DNA of 27,705 nt from Candidatus Poseidoniaceae archaeon (GTDB lineage Archaea; Thermoplasmatota; Poseidoniia; Poseidoniales; Poseidoniaceae): positions 1-27,705 of the forward strand of contig JBMYJV010000001.1 of the NCBI GenBank assembly GCA_049594755.1, in the 5' to 3' direction. The notes beneath the pieces were generated by a model that was given only the letters and a program-made list of their open reading frames with translations, searched no databases and was not told where the DNA came from. How positions within the stretch are numbered: position 1 is the first letter of the stretch; every line of letters starts with the position of its first letter. Of this stretch, positions 8,915 through 17,414 are shown one piece after another. The position numbers and the translations under genes were made by a program.

Positions 8915-11785
8915 TTAATCTTCACTCGATTCGATGTCAATGAGCTCCAAGTCAAGGTCATCGAGGACCTCCTCTTCGACTTCTTCCTCGATGATATCAG
9001 CATCAACCTCATCTTCAGCGGCTGCCTCAACGGCAGAGGGTTCAACCATAGCAGCAAACATCTGCGCCTTCACCTTGTTCTGGCCACGACGATACAGACC
9101 AAGACCAGCGAGGGCCAATACGGAGAAGAACAGAACTAAGGTTGTTGGTTCAGGATCTTCGATCTCGCTCATGATGGAATTAAGAACACCTGAATTCTCG
9201 GTTTTAAACTCGAAGGTTGGTTTTTGGATGTAACACAGGTTCGCTGTACATTCTTGGTAATTTGTTGGTGTAACGGTCATTTCAAATTCAACCATTTCAC
9301 CGCTTTTGAGTTTTTCCGGTGCGGTTATTTGCATCGTAAACTCTCTCGAAGAGAAGGAATCGAGCGTGAAGGAGATGATTTCACCGTCATCCAATGTAGC
9401 GTCCCAACCGTCCGGCGCTTTCACAGAAATGACCACGTCAACTTCGACGTTGTTCAAATTATCTATTCGATATTCAAACGGAACGGTTTGACCTGCTCGT
9501 ACGCGCTCCGCTTGCGACTTTTGCTCTACAACGAGATTGCCTGGAACGACTTCCTCATCAACTTCAATGGTCAATGGAAGGTCGAAGTACCGTGGGTCCT
9601 CTTCACCGTCGGCTTCCTCCGCAACTTGGAGATAAACAACGTGAATTCCTGCTTCAACCTGTTGACGAATGGTGATTTCAACTTCAATATCGTAATACTG
9701 ACCGCCTGTCAATGGGGCGACAAGTGCAATGTTGCCTTCGATGTCTGTGATTTCGTACATCCATGTTGCATATGCAGGGTCGTTGTCGATGTTTCGCTGC
9801 AATGCTGCAGGGTTCTTGATGACCCAGTTCGTTGTCCCCGCATCATCGGATGAATCGGTTATCCGAACGTTGTAGTTCACAGTTGAACCTGGAGAGACTG
9901 GACCAATTTGACCGAGTGTCCCGCCGTCAGAATCCGAGATAACTTCACCAACGATACCGAACGTGCGGTGGACGGTCCAAGCAACCGGTGTCGTGAACAC
10001 TTCATCCGAGCTGCTGTCCGAAGTAACACTAAGTCGGACCAAGCCGATGTCGGTTGCATCGCGCTCAAACGGAGGATACACCTCAACCTTGAGCACCAAT
10101 TTCTCACCTTGACCAATCGTAGGCGTAAGCGAATCGATACCTTGCTCGGTCAATTCAGTTCCAGTTCCGTTGATAATGAATTTCAGGCTCCATGCCACGG
10201 GTATCTCCTGGATTCGAATTCGATAACTATCGTCATCGAATCCAACGTTGTTGATGCTCATGTAGAAGTCGCCAACCTTGTCGTAGTCGATGTAATGCGA
10301 GAGGTTCTCGTTGTATAGCTCTGGACGATCTGAAGCAAAGATTTGCTTTTGCTGGTCGACATCTTCGTAGACTTCGATTCGAGGAGGACCGAACTGATTG
10401 ACTTTCTCAACATCGACTGCGATGGAAACGAGACGAACTTGTGAACCGCTATCAGCACCCGTGGTTGCGTAAGCATATGCCTCGATTGTGATCTGGTAAT
10501 TATCCGCCAATGAACTCAAATCCTCCGGGGCTTGGATGGTAAGCAAAGGTCGAGCCGATGAACCACCTCCGCTTAGCATGTACCCACCGGGGCTATCCCA
10601 GTTTGGATCTGACCAGCCAGATGGGAGCGATTGCTGCAGTTCCATTTCAACACGCAGGTCCGAGGTGAGCGAACCAGTGTGCAAGACAGACAACTCAATC
10701 GACGAGGTTTGCCCTGGAGCGACCAACAACTTTGGAATCTGTGTTGCAGGGAAATCAAGGTACACATCGTACTCAAGGAAGGTAATGCCCTGTGGATGTA
10801 CGTACTCAATGACGTGGCCTTGCACATCAGTAATCAACAAACTCAGCGGATATTCTCCGTGAGCAATGCCTGAATCATAGGTAAACTCGTAGGTACCAAC
10901 AAGACCGTTGTTGTCCAACTTCAATTGATTTGTTTTCGGGTCGAATTCTTTGTCAAAGACCGTTGATGCCTTATTTGGAGTGTAGAGTACCAGTTCAACA
11001 GAATCGATGTCAGCACGGCCAAATGCATCACGAACATCAACCGTAAACTGCATTTTGCGTTTCTCGGAGAGGTGGGTAGGAGACCATTCAACAACTTCGG
11101 TTTCGCTCCATCCATCGCCAACTTCGTGGACTTTGACTTGTGAACCAGCGAGAGCATTGGCACGGAATTCCATTCGAGAGTAACCGTTTCCGACTTCAGT
11201 CCCATATGCTAAAACAACATCGCATGTAGAAAGTGGTCCTGCTTGTTCTGTGCATGAGGCATCGCCTTGAATTTCGATTTTTATTCGGTCACCGTTTCCG
11301 AAAAGAGAGCCATCCGTTCCAACATTGAGATTGATTTGGTATGGAACCCAAGAGCAATCGTTACCAAAAAGGCCTGATGTGCATGGGTTCTCGAGTGTTT
11401 CTGTAAATCGATCGACTTCTTGATTGCCTGCAAGGAGTCGGAAGGTGATATCAGCGGTTGCATTGACTTCAGGGCTCTCGAATTTCATGTAAGCAAAGAT
11501 ACGGACTTCATTTCCTGATTTGCCATGTATTGTCAAGTCTGAAATCAACTCCTCTGAGTCGAATGTCACACCCGATTCAAGGAGCGATGACTCGTTTCTG
11601 GATCCGGTTGGTTCCTTGGTTGTGAGCGAAGTGCCGTCGTCAAAGTACAATTCATAGTCTTCAAGTGCGGCTCCAACGGATTGTATTTCCGCAGCATCGG
11701 ACAGCATTTCGACAGGATTGTTCAGTGGAACAACTGCCAAAAACAGCGAGATTAATACTGCAAAAACGAATCGATTGGAAGACAT
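8915..11785 (-). CDS. Membrane-anchored multidomain surface protein (956 aa) with repeated NEW3/CARDB-like beta-sandwiches, C-terminal TM and acidic tail
   Basis: The long ORF has its first ATG at 11785 (the track starts at TTG 11803). It has an N-terminal hydrophobic segment RFVFAVLISLFLAVVPL and repeats such as VAPGQTSSIELSVLHTG..LPSGWS and VRAGQTVPFEYRIDN..APDGWDATL. TM TTLVLFFSVLALAGLGLYRR is followed by an E/D-rich end. Confidence 0.8.
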   Translation of the reverse strand: MSSNRFVFAVLISLFLAVVPLNNPVEMLSDAAEIQSVGAALEDYELYFDDGTSLTTKEPTGSRNESSLLESGVTFDSEELISDLTIHGKSGNEVRIFAYMKFESPEVNATADITFRLLAGNQEVDRFTETLENPCTSGLFGNDCSWVPYQINLNVGTDGSLFGNGDRIKIEIQGDASCTEQAGPLSTCDVVLAYGTEVGNGYSRMEFRANALAGSQVKVHEVGDGWSETEVVEWSPTHLSEKRKMQFTVDVRDAFGRADIDSVELVLYTPNKASTVFDKEFDPKTNQLKLDNNGLVGTYEFTYDSGIAHGEYPLSLLITDVQGHVIEYVHPQGITFLEYDVYLDFPATQIPKLLVAPGQTSSIELSVLHTGSLTSDLRVEMELQQSLPSGWSDPNWDSPGGYMLSGGGSSARPLLTIQAPEDLSSLADNYQITIEAYAYATTGADSGSQVRLVSIAVDVEKVNQFGPPRIEVYEDVDQQKQIFASDRPELYNENLSHYIDYDKVGDFYMSINNVGFDDDSYRIRIQEIPVAWSLKFIINGTGTELTEQGIDSLTPTIGQGEKLVLKVEVYPPFERDATDIGLVRLSVTSDSSSDEVFTTPVAWTVHRTFGIVGEVISDSDGGTLGQIGPVSPGSTVNYNVRITDSSDDAGTTNWVIKNPAALQRNIDNDPAYATWMYEITDIEGNIALVAPLTGGQYYDIEVEITIRQQVEAGIHVVYLQVAEEADGEEDPRYFDLPLTIEVDEEVVPGNLVVEQKSQAERVRAGQTVPFEYRIDNLNNVEVDVVISVKAPDGWDATLDDGEIISFTLDSFSSREFTMQITAPEKLKSGEMVEFEMTVTPTNYQECTANLCYIQKPTFEFKTENSGVLNSIMSEIEDPEPTTLVLFFSVLALAGLGLYRRGQNKVKAQMFAAMVEPSAVEAAAEDEVDADIIEEEVEEEVLDDLDLELIDIESSED

Positions 11786-11877
11786 GGCCAAGACATCCCT
11801 CAACGTATGGGAAGCGAGCAGGCGTTAAACGGTTTTGCATGAAATGTTCAGACAATTCGATTTCAGAAACGTGTTGT

Positions 11878-11964
11878 TGGTATCGAGGGAGGGATTTGAA
11901 CCCTCGAACCCATCTGGGACCGGATCTTAAGCCCGGCGCCTTTGACCACCTCAGCCACCTCGAT
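11878..11964 (-). tRNA. tRNA-Leu(TAA), class II with long variable arm, CCA encoded
   Basis: Acceptor stem ATCGAGG/CCTCGAT + A73 + CCA. Anticodon arm CCGGG-CTTAAGA-TCCGG (TAA at 11927-11929). Variable arm CCC-AGAT-GGG. T-arm GAGGG-TTCAAAT-CCCTC. Confidence 0.95.
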
Positions 11965-11995
11965 GCTTTACGGACTTCGAGCCTGTATGAAATCC

Positions 11996-12736
11996 TTACG
12001 AAGCGTTGAGAGCCCATCCACCGTCAACAAACAACTCTTGTCCGGTGAGGTAAGGGGACGTTGCAAAAAAGAACACTGCGCCTGCAACATCCCCTGGGTC
12101 GCCGGAGCGTCGCAAAGGAATCGATTGAACAATTTTGTTGAAGTGTTCGTGTTCCCAATCAGCGGATAGAATCGCACCAGGAGCAACACAATTCACTCGA
12201 ACTCGAGGTGCATATTCACCTGCAAGATTGAACATCAACTGACGGAGACCTGCTTTGCTCGAGGTGTAGTGAGAAAGCTGGCTCCAAGCCTTTCCTGCAG
12301 AGGTATCGGTCATACCGACGATTGAGCCATTGACTGAAGCCAACAAGTGGACCAATCCTTGAGAAAGTTGCAGCGGTGCTTCAACGTGCAATCGATTGAG
12401 AAACCGCATGGTTTCCATGGACAGTTCTTGGATTGGTGTTTGGCTGTAGACGGAAGCATTGTGTACGAGAACATCTAATCCTTCACGATCAACAACGAAT
12501 GGATGTTGAGTGATCGTTTGGATGAGTTTTGCAGTCTCGTTCTCATCCGACAAATCAGCACGAACAACGTCTGCTTTCTGACCCTGATCGATAAGCTCGG
12601 ATTTGAGCAACTCACCTGCTTCAACGGAACGCGACACGTGGATGAGAACAGCATAGCCTTCCGCAGCAAACTTTCGAATGATGGAAGCGCCTATTCGTCG
12701 GCCGCTACCGGTCACCAGGCAAACCTTGGCTGTCAT
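11996..12736 (-). CDS. Short-chain dehydrogenase/reductase, pteridine reductase (PTR1/FolM)-like
   Basis: TGSGRRIG nucleotide-binding motif, HNAS, Asp in GMTD in place of the usual SDR Ser, YTSSK (YxxxK), VRVNCVAPG, LTGQELFVDGG. Confidence 0.78.
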   Translation of the reverse strand: MTAKVCLVTGSGRRIGASIIRKFAAEGYAVLIHVSRSVEAGELLKSELIDQGQKADVVRADLSDENETAKLIQTITQHPFVVDREGLDVLVHNASVYSQTPIQELSMETMRFLNRLHVEAPLQLSQGLVHLLASVNGSIVGMTDTSAGKAWSQLSHYTSSKAGLRQLMFNLAGEYAPRVRVNCVAPGAILSADWEHEHFNKIVQSIPLRRSGDPGDVAGAVFFFATSPYLTGQELFVDGGWALNAS

Positions 12737-12759
12737 GAATTCCGTTTTTTCTTCTCACA

Positions 12760-12767
12760 CATATATG
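12760..12767 (-). promoter_or_regulatory. TATA-like element CATATATG 24-31 nt upstream of the SDR start (probable leaderless transcript)
   Basis: The identical 8-mer lies 22-29 nt upstream of the ubiX ATG, at the spacing expected for archaeal leaderless genes. Confidence 0.45.
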
Positions 12768-12852
12768 CTCGTATCCCCGCAAAACCTTGAATTGCTGGGC
12801 TGCGCACCTTTTTGATGTTCATTCATGTCGGATTGTACAAGGGGGGCAATGC

Positions 12853-13866
12853 ATGGCAAAGAATCTAAAAATGGCGAGCCAAAAAACTGCGCGACCTCGC
12901 CTCCCACCATGGTTCCGAACAAAGTTACCATCTGGCTCACAGCAAGCGATTTTCAACGATACAATGGATGCTGTCAAAGACAACCAACTCCACACCGTTT
13001 GTCAGGAAGCAAAATGCCCGAACATACACGATTGCTGGTCAAGTGGTGATGCAACGTTCATGATTGCAGGCAAGGAATGTACCCGAGGATGTCGCTTCTG
13101 TGCTGTTGGGACGAGAAAAACACCACCTCCACTCGATGTTGATGAACCACAACATCTAGCAGACGCGGTAGCATCGATGAATCTTCGTCATGCAGTCATC
13201 ACGGTTGTTAATCGAGATGATTTAGAGGATTCAGCAGCCGATCATTACAAACAATGCCTTGCTGCTGTAGCAGAACGGTGTCCTGAAGTGAGTTTGGAGC
13301 TTTTGTGTTCTGATCTTGCAGGAGATTTGGACGATCTTGCCCACCTTCTTGAGGGCAGTCCACTGGTTGTTTTCGCACACAATGTCGAATGCGTCCCCCG
13401 TTTGGACTCCATCGTTCGAGATCCACGAGCGTCGTTTGAACAATCACTATCGATCCTGAGAGAAGCGAAACGACTTCGTCCAGACATGCTGACAAAATCG
13501 TCCTTGATGGTCGGCGTTGGTGAGACAGATGAAGAAATCGTCGAAGCCATGCACTTGTTGCGTGACGCTGGTGTCGACTTGATTACCATTGGCCAATACC
13601 TTGCACCCTCGAAGAACCATCTTGCTGTCGACCGATTTCCTGAACCTGAACTGTACGATGTTTGGGCAAAGAAAGCCATTGAAATGGGCTTTTCAGGCGT
13701 TGCAAGCGGACCATTGGTACGCTCCTCTTACAAAGCAGGTTTGCTCATGCGAAAGACACTCGATGAAAGCAACACTGAGGAAATGCCAGGAGCATACGTG
13801 CTGGTACAGCCCAAACCAACTGACCAACATGCCTTAATGCCGAGTCATGGTGAGGTGGAACAATGA
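12853..13866 (+). CDS. lipA: Lipoyl synthase (radical SAM)
   Basis: CQEAKCPNIHDC (CX4CX5C), CTRGCRFC (CX3CX2C), HNVECV and RSSY motifs. ATG 12853 follows a G-rich RBS. The stop overlaps the next ATG (ATGA). Confidence 0.97.
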   Translation: MAKNLKMASQKTARPRLPPWFRTKLPSGSQQAIFNDTMDAVKDNQLHTVCQEAKCPNIHDCWSSGDATFMIAGKECTRGCRFCAVGTRKTPPPLDVDEPQHLADAVASMNLRHAVITVVNRDDLEDSAADHYKQCLAAVAERCPEVSLELLCSDLAGDLDDLAHLLEGSPLVVFAHNVECVPRLDSIVRDPRASFEQSLSILREAKRLRPDMLTKSSLMVGVGETDEEIVEAMHLLRDAGVDLITIGQYLAPSKNHLAVDRFPEPELYDVWAKKAIEMGFSGVASGPLVRSSYKAGLLMRKTLDESNTEEMPGAYVLVQPKPTDQHALMPSHGEVEQ

Positions 13867-15104
13867 CGGACCGATTGACGGCTACAACCGCACCTTACAC
13901 CATCGGAGTACCACCGTTCCGCCCAGGTGAGGAGGCTGACTTTGGCGGCGCTTTCAAGGAACAACCAGGTGACCTCTGGCGACCAGATCCTGCCACATGC
14001 ACTTCTGACGATTCAGCACCACACGCTCGTGGACTACTGCGTGTTCTGAACGATGCTGGAGAGGCCAAAGGAGAATGGGACCCGAAGCTGGACCCATCTG
14101 AATTGATTCAAGGCCTCGAGTACATGATGCGCCTTCGTATCTTTGACGATCGGATGATTAAGATGCAACGCACTGGAAAACTTTCGTTTTACATGCGATC
14201 ATTCGGAGAAGAAGCCGTTGCCATTGCCCAAACCATGGCACTCGAAAATCAGGATTGGATTTTCCCTTCCTATCGACAACCTGGAGCACAATTCGTCCGT
14301 GGACGTGACATGGTAAGCATGATCTGCCACTGCATAGGTAACACGGAAGACAACGTCCGTGGACGTCAAATGCCTGTTCACTACACCTACAAAGAAGGAC
14401 GATTCATTTCGATATCATCTCCTGTAGGTACGCAATTCTCACAAGCAGTTGGCGTCGCTATGGCCAGTGCTTACCAAAAGAAGGACGAAGTTTGTATTTC
14501 ATGGCTCGGCGATGGTACCTCAGCTCAAGGAGACTACCACTACGCCTTGAATTTTGCATCGACTTTCAAGCCACCAGTTATCCTCAATGTCGTCAACAAC
14601 CAATGGGCCATCTCAACACACGCAAACCTTGCAACAGGAGGACGCACGTTCGCTGAGCGAGGACTTGCCTACGACATTCCATCCTTCCGCGTTGATGGAA
14701 ATGATTTCCTCGCTCTGTACAGCATCACCAAGTGGGCACGTGACCGAGCCAGCGCAGGAATGGGTCCAACGCACATCGAGGTCTACACCTACCGTGCAGG
14801 AGCTCACTCCTCATCCGATGACCCGTCGGCATATCGACCAAACGATGAAGCTGCATGTTGGCCGGGTGGCGATCCAATTCAGAGACTCAAAGACCATCTC
14901 GTCCTTATTGGAGAATGGGATGAAGAGAAGCATGAAGCCCTAGCACAAAAAATCGATGACGAAGTTATGGCCGCTTACAAAGAAGCATGCGAATTCGGCG
15001 ACCTTGCATCTGGCCCGTATCCACCTGCATCAACCATTTTCACAGAAGTCTATGAGACCGTCCCTTGGCACATCCAAGAGCAGCGAGAGGAGTTAGGGAA
15101 GTGA
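13863..15104 (+). CDS. bkdA1: Branched-chain 2-oxoacid dehydrogenase E1 alpha
   Basis: TPP motif GDGTSAQGD...NN, YRQPG, HSSSDDPSAYR loop. The N-terminal RPG..ADF and LRVLND.GE..G.W segments resemble Pseudomonas BkdA1. Confidence 0.92.
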   Translation: MTDRLTATTAPYTIGVPPFRPGEEADFGGAFKEQPGDLWRPDPATCTSDDSAPHARGLLRVLNDAGEAKGEWDPKLDPSELIQGLEYMMRLRIFDDRMIKMQRTGKLSFYMRSFGEEAVAIAQTMALENQDWIFPSYRQPGAQFVRGRDMVSMICHCIGNTEDNVRGRQMPVHYTYKEGRFISISSPVGTQFSQAVGVAMASAYQKKDEVCISWLGDGTSAQGDYHYALNFASTFKPPVILNVVNNQWAISTHANLATGGRTFAERGLAYDIPSFRVDGNDFLALYSITKWARDRASAGMGPTHIEVYTYRAGAHSSSDDPSAYRPNDEAACWPGGDPIQRLKDHLVLIGEWDEEKHEALAQKIDDEVMAAYKEACEFGDLASGPYPPASTIFTEVYETVPWHIQEQREELGK

Positions 15105-15108
15105 TATC

Positions 15109-16119
15109 ATGCCTGACATGAACATGATCAAATCGCTCAATTCCGCACTCTCTCTTTCGCTCAAAGACGATCCAAATGTCGTCATTTTTGGAGAAGACGT
15201 TGGTTACTTTGGTGGCGTTTTCCGAGTCACTGAAGGCCTTCAGAAAGAATACGGCCCGCACCGTGTCTTTGATTCACCACTCGCAGAAGGTGGCATCGCT
15301 GCCATCGCCATGGGCATGGGCCTCAATGGACTTCGACCAGTTGCAGAAATTCAATTCGCAGATTACATCTTCCCTGCCTACGACCAAATCGTCAACGAAA
15401 TTGCAAAACTTCGTCATCGCTCCGGTGGTGAATTCTCAGCTCCTGTTACGTTCCGAACACCTGCTGGTGGAGGAATCAAAGGCGGCCACCATCACTCACA
15501 ATCACCAGAGGCACAATTCACACACACACCTGGACTGAAGGTCGTCTACTGTTCAACCCCTTACAATGCAAAGGGACTGTTGCTTGCATCGATTGAATGC
15601 AACGACCCTGTCATCTTCTTCGAACCGAAACGATGCTACCGTGGACCTTTCTATGGCGACCCACACAACGTACCGACATGGAATGGGCACCCTGATGCAG
15701 ATGTTCCTGAAGATCACTTCATCGTTCCACTGGAACAAGCACGAGTTGTCCGTGAGGGTTCTGCATGTACGGTTATTGCGTACGGAACCATGGTTCACGT
15801 TGCTGAACAAGCCATCAGAGATTCAGGAATTGACTGTGAGTTAATCGATCTTCAAACCCTCGTTCCTTGGGACCGAGATACTGTGGTCAACTCCGTCAAG
15901 AAAACGGGACGTTGCGTCATCGTCCACGAAGCACCAAAGACCAGTGGATTCGGTGCTGAAATGAGTGCATCGGTCCAAGAACGATGCTTCTACCACCTCG
16001 AAGCTCCAATTCAACGTGTCACCGGTTGGGACACACCATTCCCGCACACAACGGAATGGGATTATTTGCCAAGTCCTCAGCGTATTGCTGAAGCCATTAA
16101 GAAAACACAGGAGGAATAA
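15109..16119 (+). CDS. bkdA2: Branched-chain 2-oxoacid dehydrogenase E1 beta
   Basis: GEDVGYFGGVFRVT, PLAEGG, EIQFADY, GGHHHSQSPE, FFEPK, GWDTPFP motifs. Confidence 0.93.
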   Translation: MPDMNMIKSLNSALSLSLKDDPNVVIFGEDVGYFGGVFRVTEGLQKEYGPHRVFDSPLAEGGIAAIAMGMGLNGLRPVAEIQFADYIFPAYDQIVNEIAKLRHRSGGEFSAPVTFRTPAGGGIKGGHHHSQSPEAQFTHTPGLKVVYCSTPYNAKGLLLASIECNDPVIFFEPKRCYRGPFYGDPHNVPTWNGHPDADVPEDHFIVPLEQARVVREGSACTVIAYGTMVHVAEQAIRDSGIDCELIDLQTLVPWDRDTVVNSVKKTGRCVIVHEAPKTSGFGAEMSASVQERCFYHLEAPIQRVTGWDTPFPHTTEWDYLPSPQRIAEAIKKTQEE

Positions 16120-16121
16120 AC

Positions 16122-17405
16122 ATGGGAACATTTGCATTCAAACTACCAGATATCGGAGAAGGCGTTGTTGAAGGTGAAGTCGTCGAATGGATGGTCGCCG
16201 TTGGTGATACCGTCAAGGAAGACGATCCTATTCTTTCGGTCATGACCGACAAGGCAACTGTTGAAATCCCAGCACCATGCGATGGAACCGTCACCAAAAT
16301 CATTGGTGAAGCAGGCGACATCCTACCAGTCGGCGTCGTGTGCATTGAATTCGAAGTCGATGGCGACGGAAACGCATCAGCAAGCGAACCTGAGCCTGCT
16401 GCACCAGTGGCTGAAGAGACGTCTGAGCCCGCAGCAGAGCCAGAACCAGCACCTGCGCCTGAACCCGTACCTGCTCCAGCACCAGTTGCTACCGCAGGAC
16501 CAGCCGTTGAGCGTGCACCTGGCACCAAACCACTCGCCGCTCCTGCTGTCCGACAACGAGCTCGCGATGCTGGTGTCGATTTGTATCATGTTGCAGGATC
16601 CGGTCCTGCTGGCCGAATCACGCATGCTGACCTTGATGTTCATCTCAGCGGAGGCGCATCCCGTGCCACTGCATCCATGCCTATGGGTAGTTCTGCGAAG
16701 GTTGCCAAGACTGGAACCGAGGAGATTAAGGTCATCGGCCTGCGACGAAAGATTGCTGATTCGATGATGGCATCCTACAGCACCATTCCTCACTTTTCCT
16801 ACTTTGAAGAGGTCGATGTGACTGAACTTGAGTCTCTACGTCAGCACCTCAATGCGACTCGTCCAGAGGGTGCACCAAAACTCACCTACCTTCCGTTCAT
16901 CATGCTCGCCCTCGTAAAAGGGCTTGGACAACGACCAGAGTGCAACGCTCTCTTCGATGATGAAGCAGGTGTTGTCACTCGACACGAAGCGGTTCACCTC
17001 GGTATTGCAACACAGACCGACCGTGGACTCTACGTCCCAGTTGTCAAGCACGTTGAAGCCATGGACATTTGGTCCGCTGCTGCCGAAATGGGTCGTGTCA
17101 CTCAAGCGACACGAGACGGCAAGGCAGGCGTTGACGAACTCAGTGGTTCGACCTTCACCATCACGAGTCTCGGCCGAATGGGTGGTCTAGGAGCAACACC
17201 GATCATCAACAAGCCAGAAGTTGGAATCCTTGGTGTTCACAACGCTAAAGATCGGGCTGTCGTCATCGATGGACGAGTTGAAGTTCGTCGAATCATGAAC
17301 CTCTCCTCCTCATGGGACCACCGTGTTGTGGACGGCCATGACGGAGCAAGTCTCGTTCAACTGCTCAAATCGATGCTGGAGCACCCAGCAACCATCTTCA
17401 TGTGA
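16122..17405 (+). CDS. bkdB: Dihydrolipoamide acyltransferase E2 (one lipoyl domain)
   Basis: Lipoyl domain LPDIGEG...MTDKATVEIP, Pro/Ala/Glu linker, E3-binding PAVRQRA..GSGPAGRI, catalytic DHRVVDG. RBS GGAGG upstream. Confidence 0.94.
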   Translation: MGTFAFKLPDIGEGVVEGEVVEWMVAVGDTVKEDDPILSVMTDKATVEIPAPCDGTVTKIIGEAGDILPVGVVCIEFEVDGDGNASASEPEPAAPVAEETSEPAAEPEPAPAPEPVPAPAPVATAGPAVERAPGTKPLAAPAVRQRARDAGVDLYHVAGSGPAGRITHADLDVHLSGGASRATASMPMGSSAKVAKTGTEEIKVIGLRRKIADSMMASYSTIPHFSYFEEVDVTELESLRQHLNATRPEGAPKLTYLPFIMLALVKGLGQRPECNALFDDEAGVVTRHEAVHLGIATQTDRGLYVPVVKHVEAMDIWSAAAEMGRVTQATRDGKAGVDELSGSTFTITSLGRMGGLGATPIINKPEVGILGVHNAKDRAVVIDGRVEVRRIMNLSSSWDHRVVDGHDGASLVQLLKSMLEHPATIFM

Positions 17406-17414
17406 GGTGTTTGA

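Noticed and set aside
9224-9853. 209-aa antisense ORF (likewise 17310..17936 and 22334..22879)
   Set aside because: These are antisense to well-supported genes, as expected from codon bias.
1-11964. Surface-protein genes as an island integrated at tRNA-Leu
   Set aside because: No integrase and no duplicated tRNA 3' end in the window (only an 8-bp match near 4201), and no obvious compositional break.
15724-15736. GTTCCACTGGAAC, a mini-ORB-like palindrome inside bkdA2
   Set aside because: It lies in coding sequence (VPLE), lacks one A of GAAAC and the G-tail, and has no AT-rich neighbour.
16385-16500. Pro/Ala/Glu repeats in E2
   Set aside because: This is the ordinary flexible linker of 2-oxoacid dehydrogenase E2 subunits.
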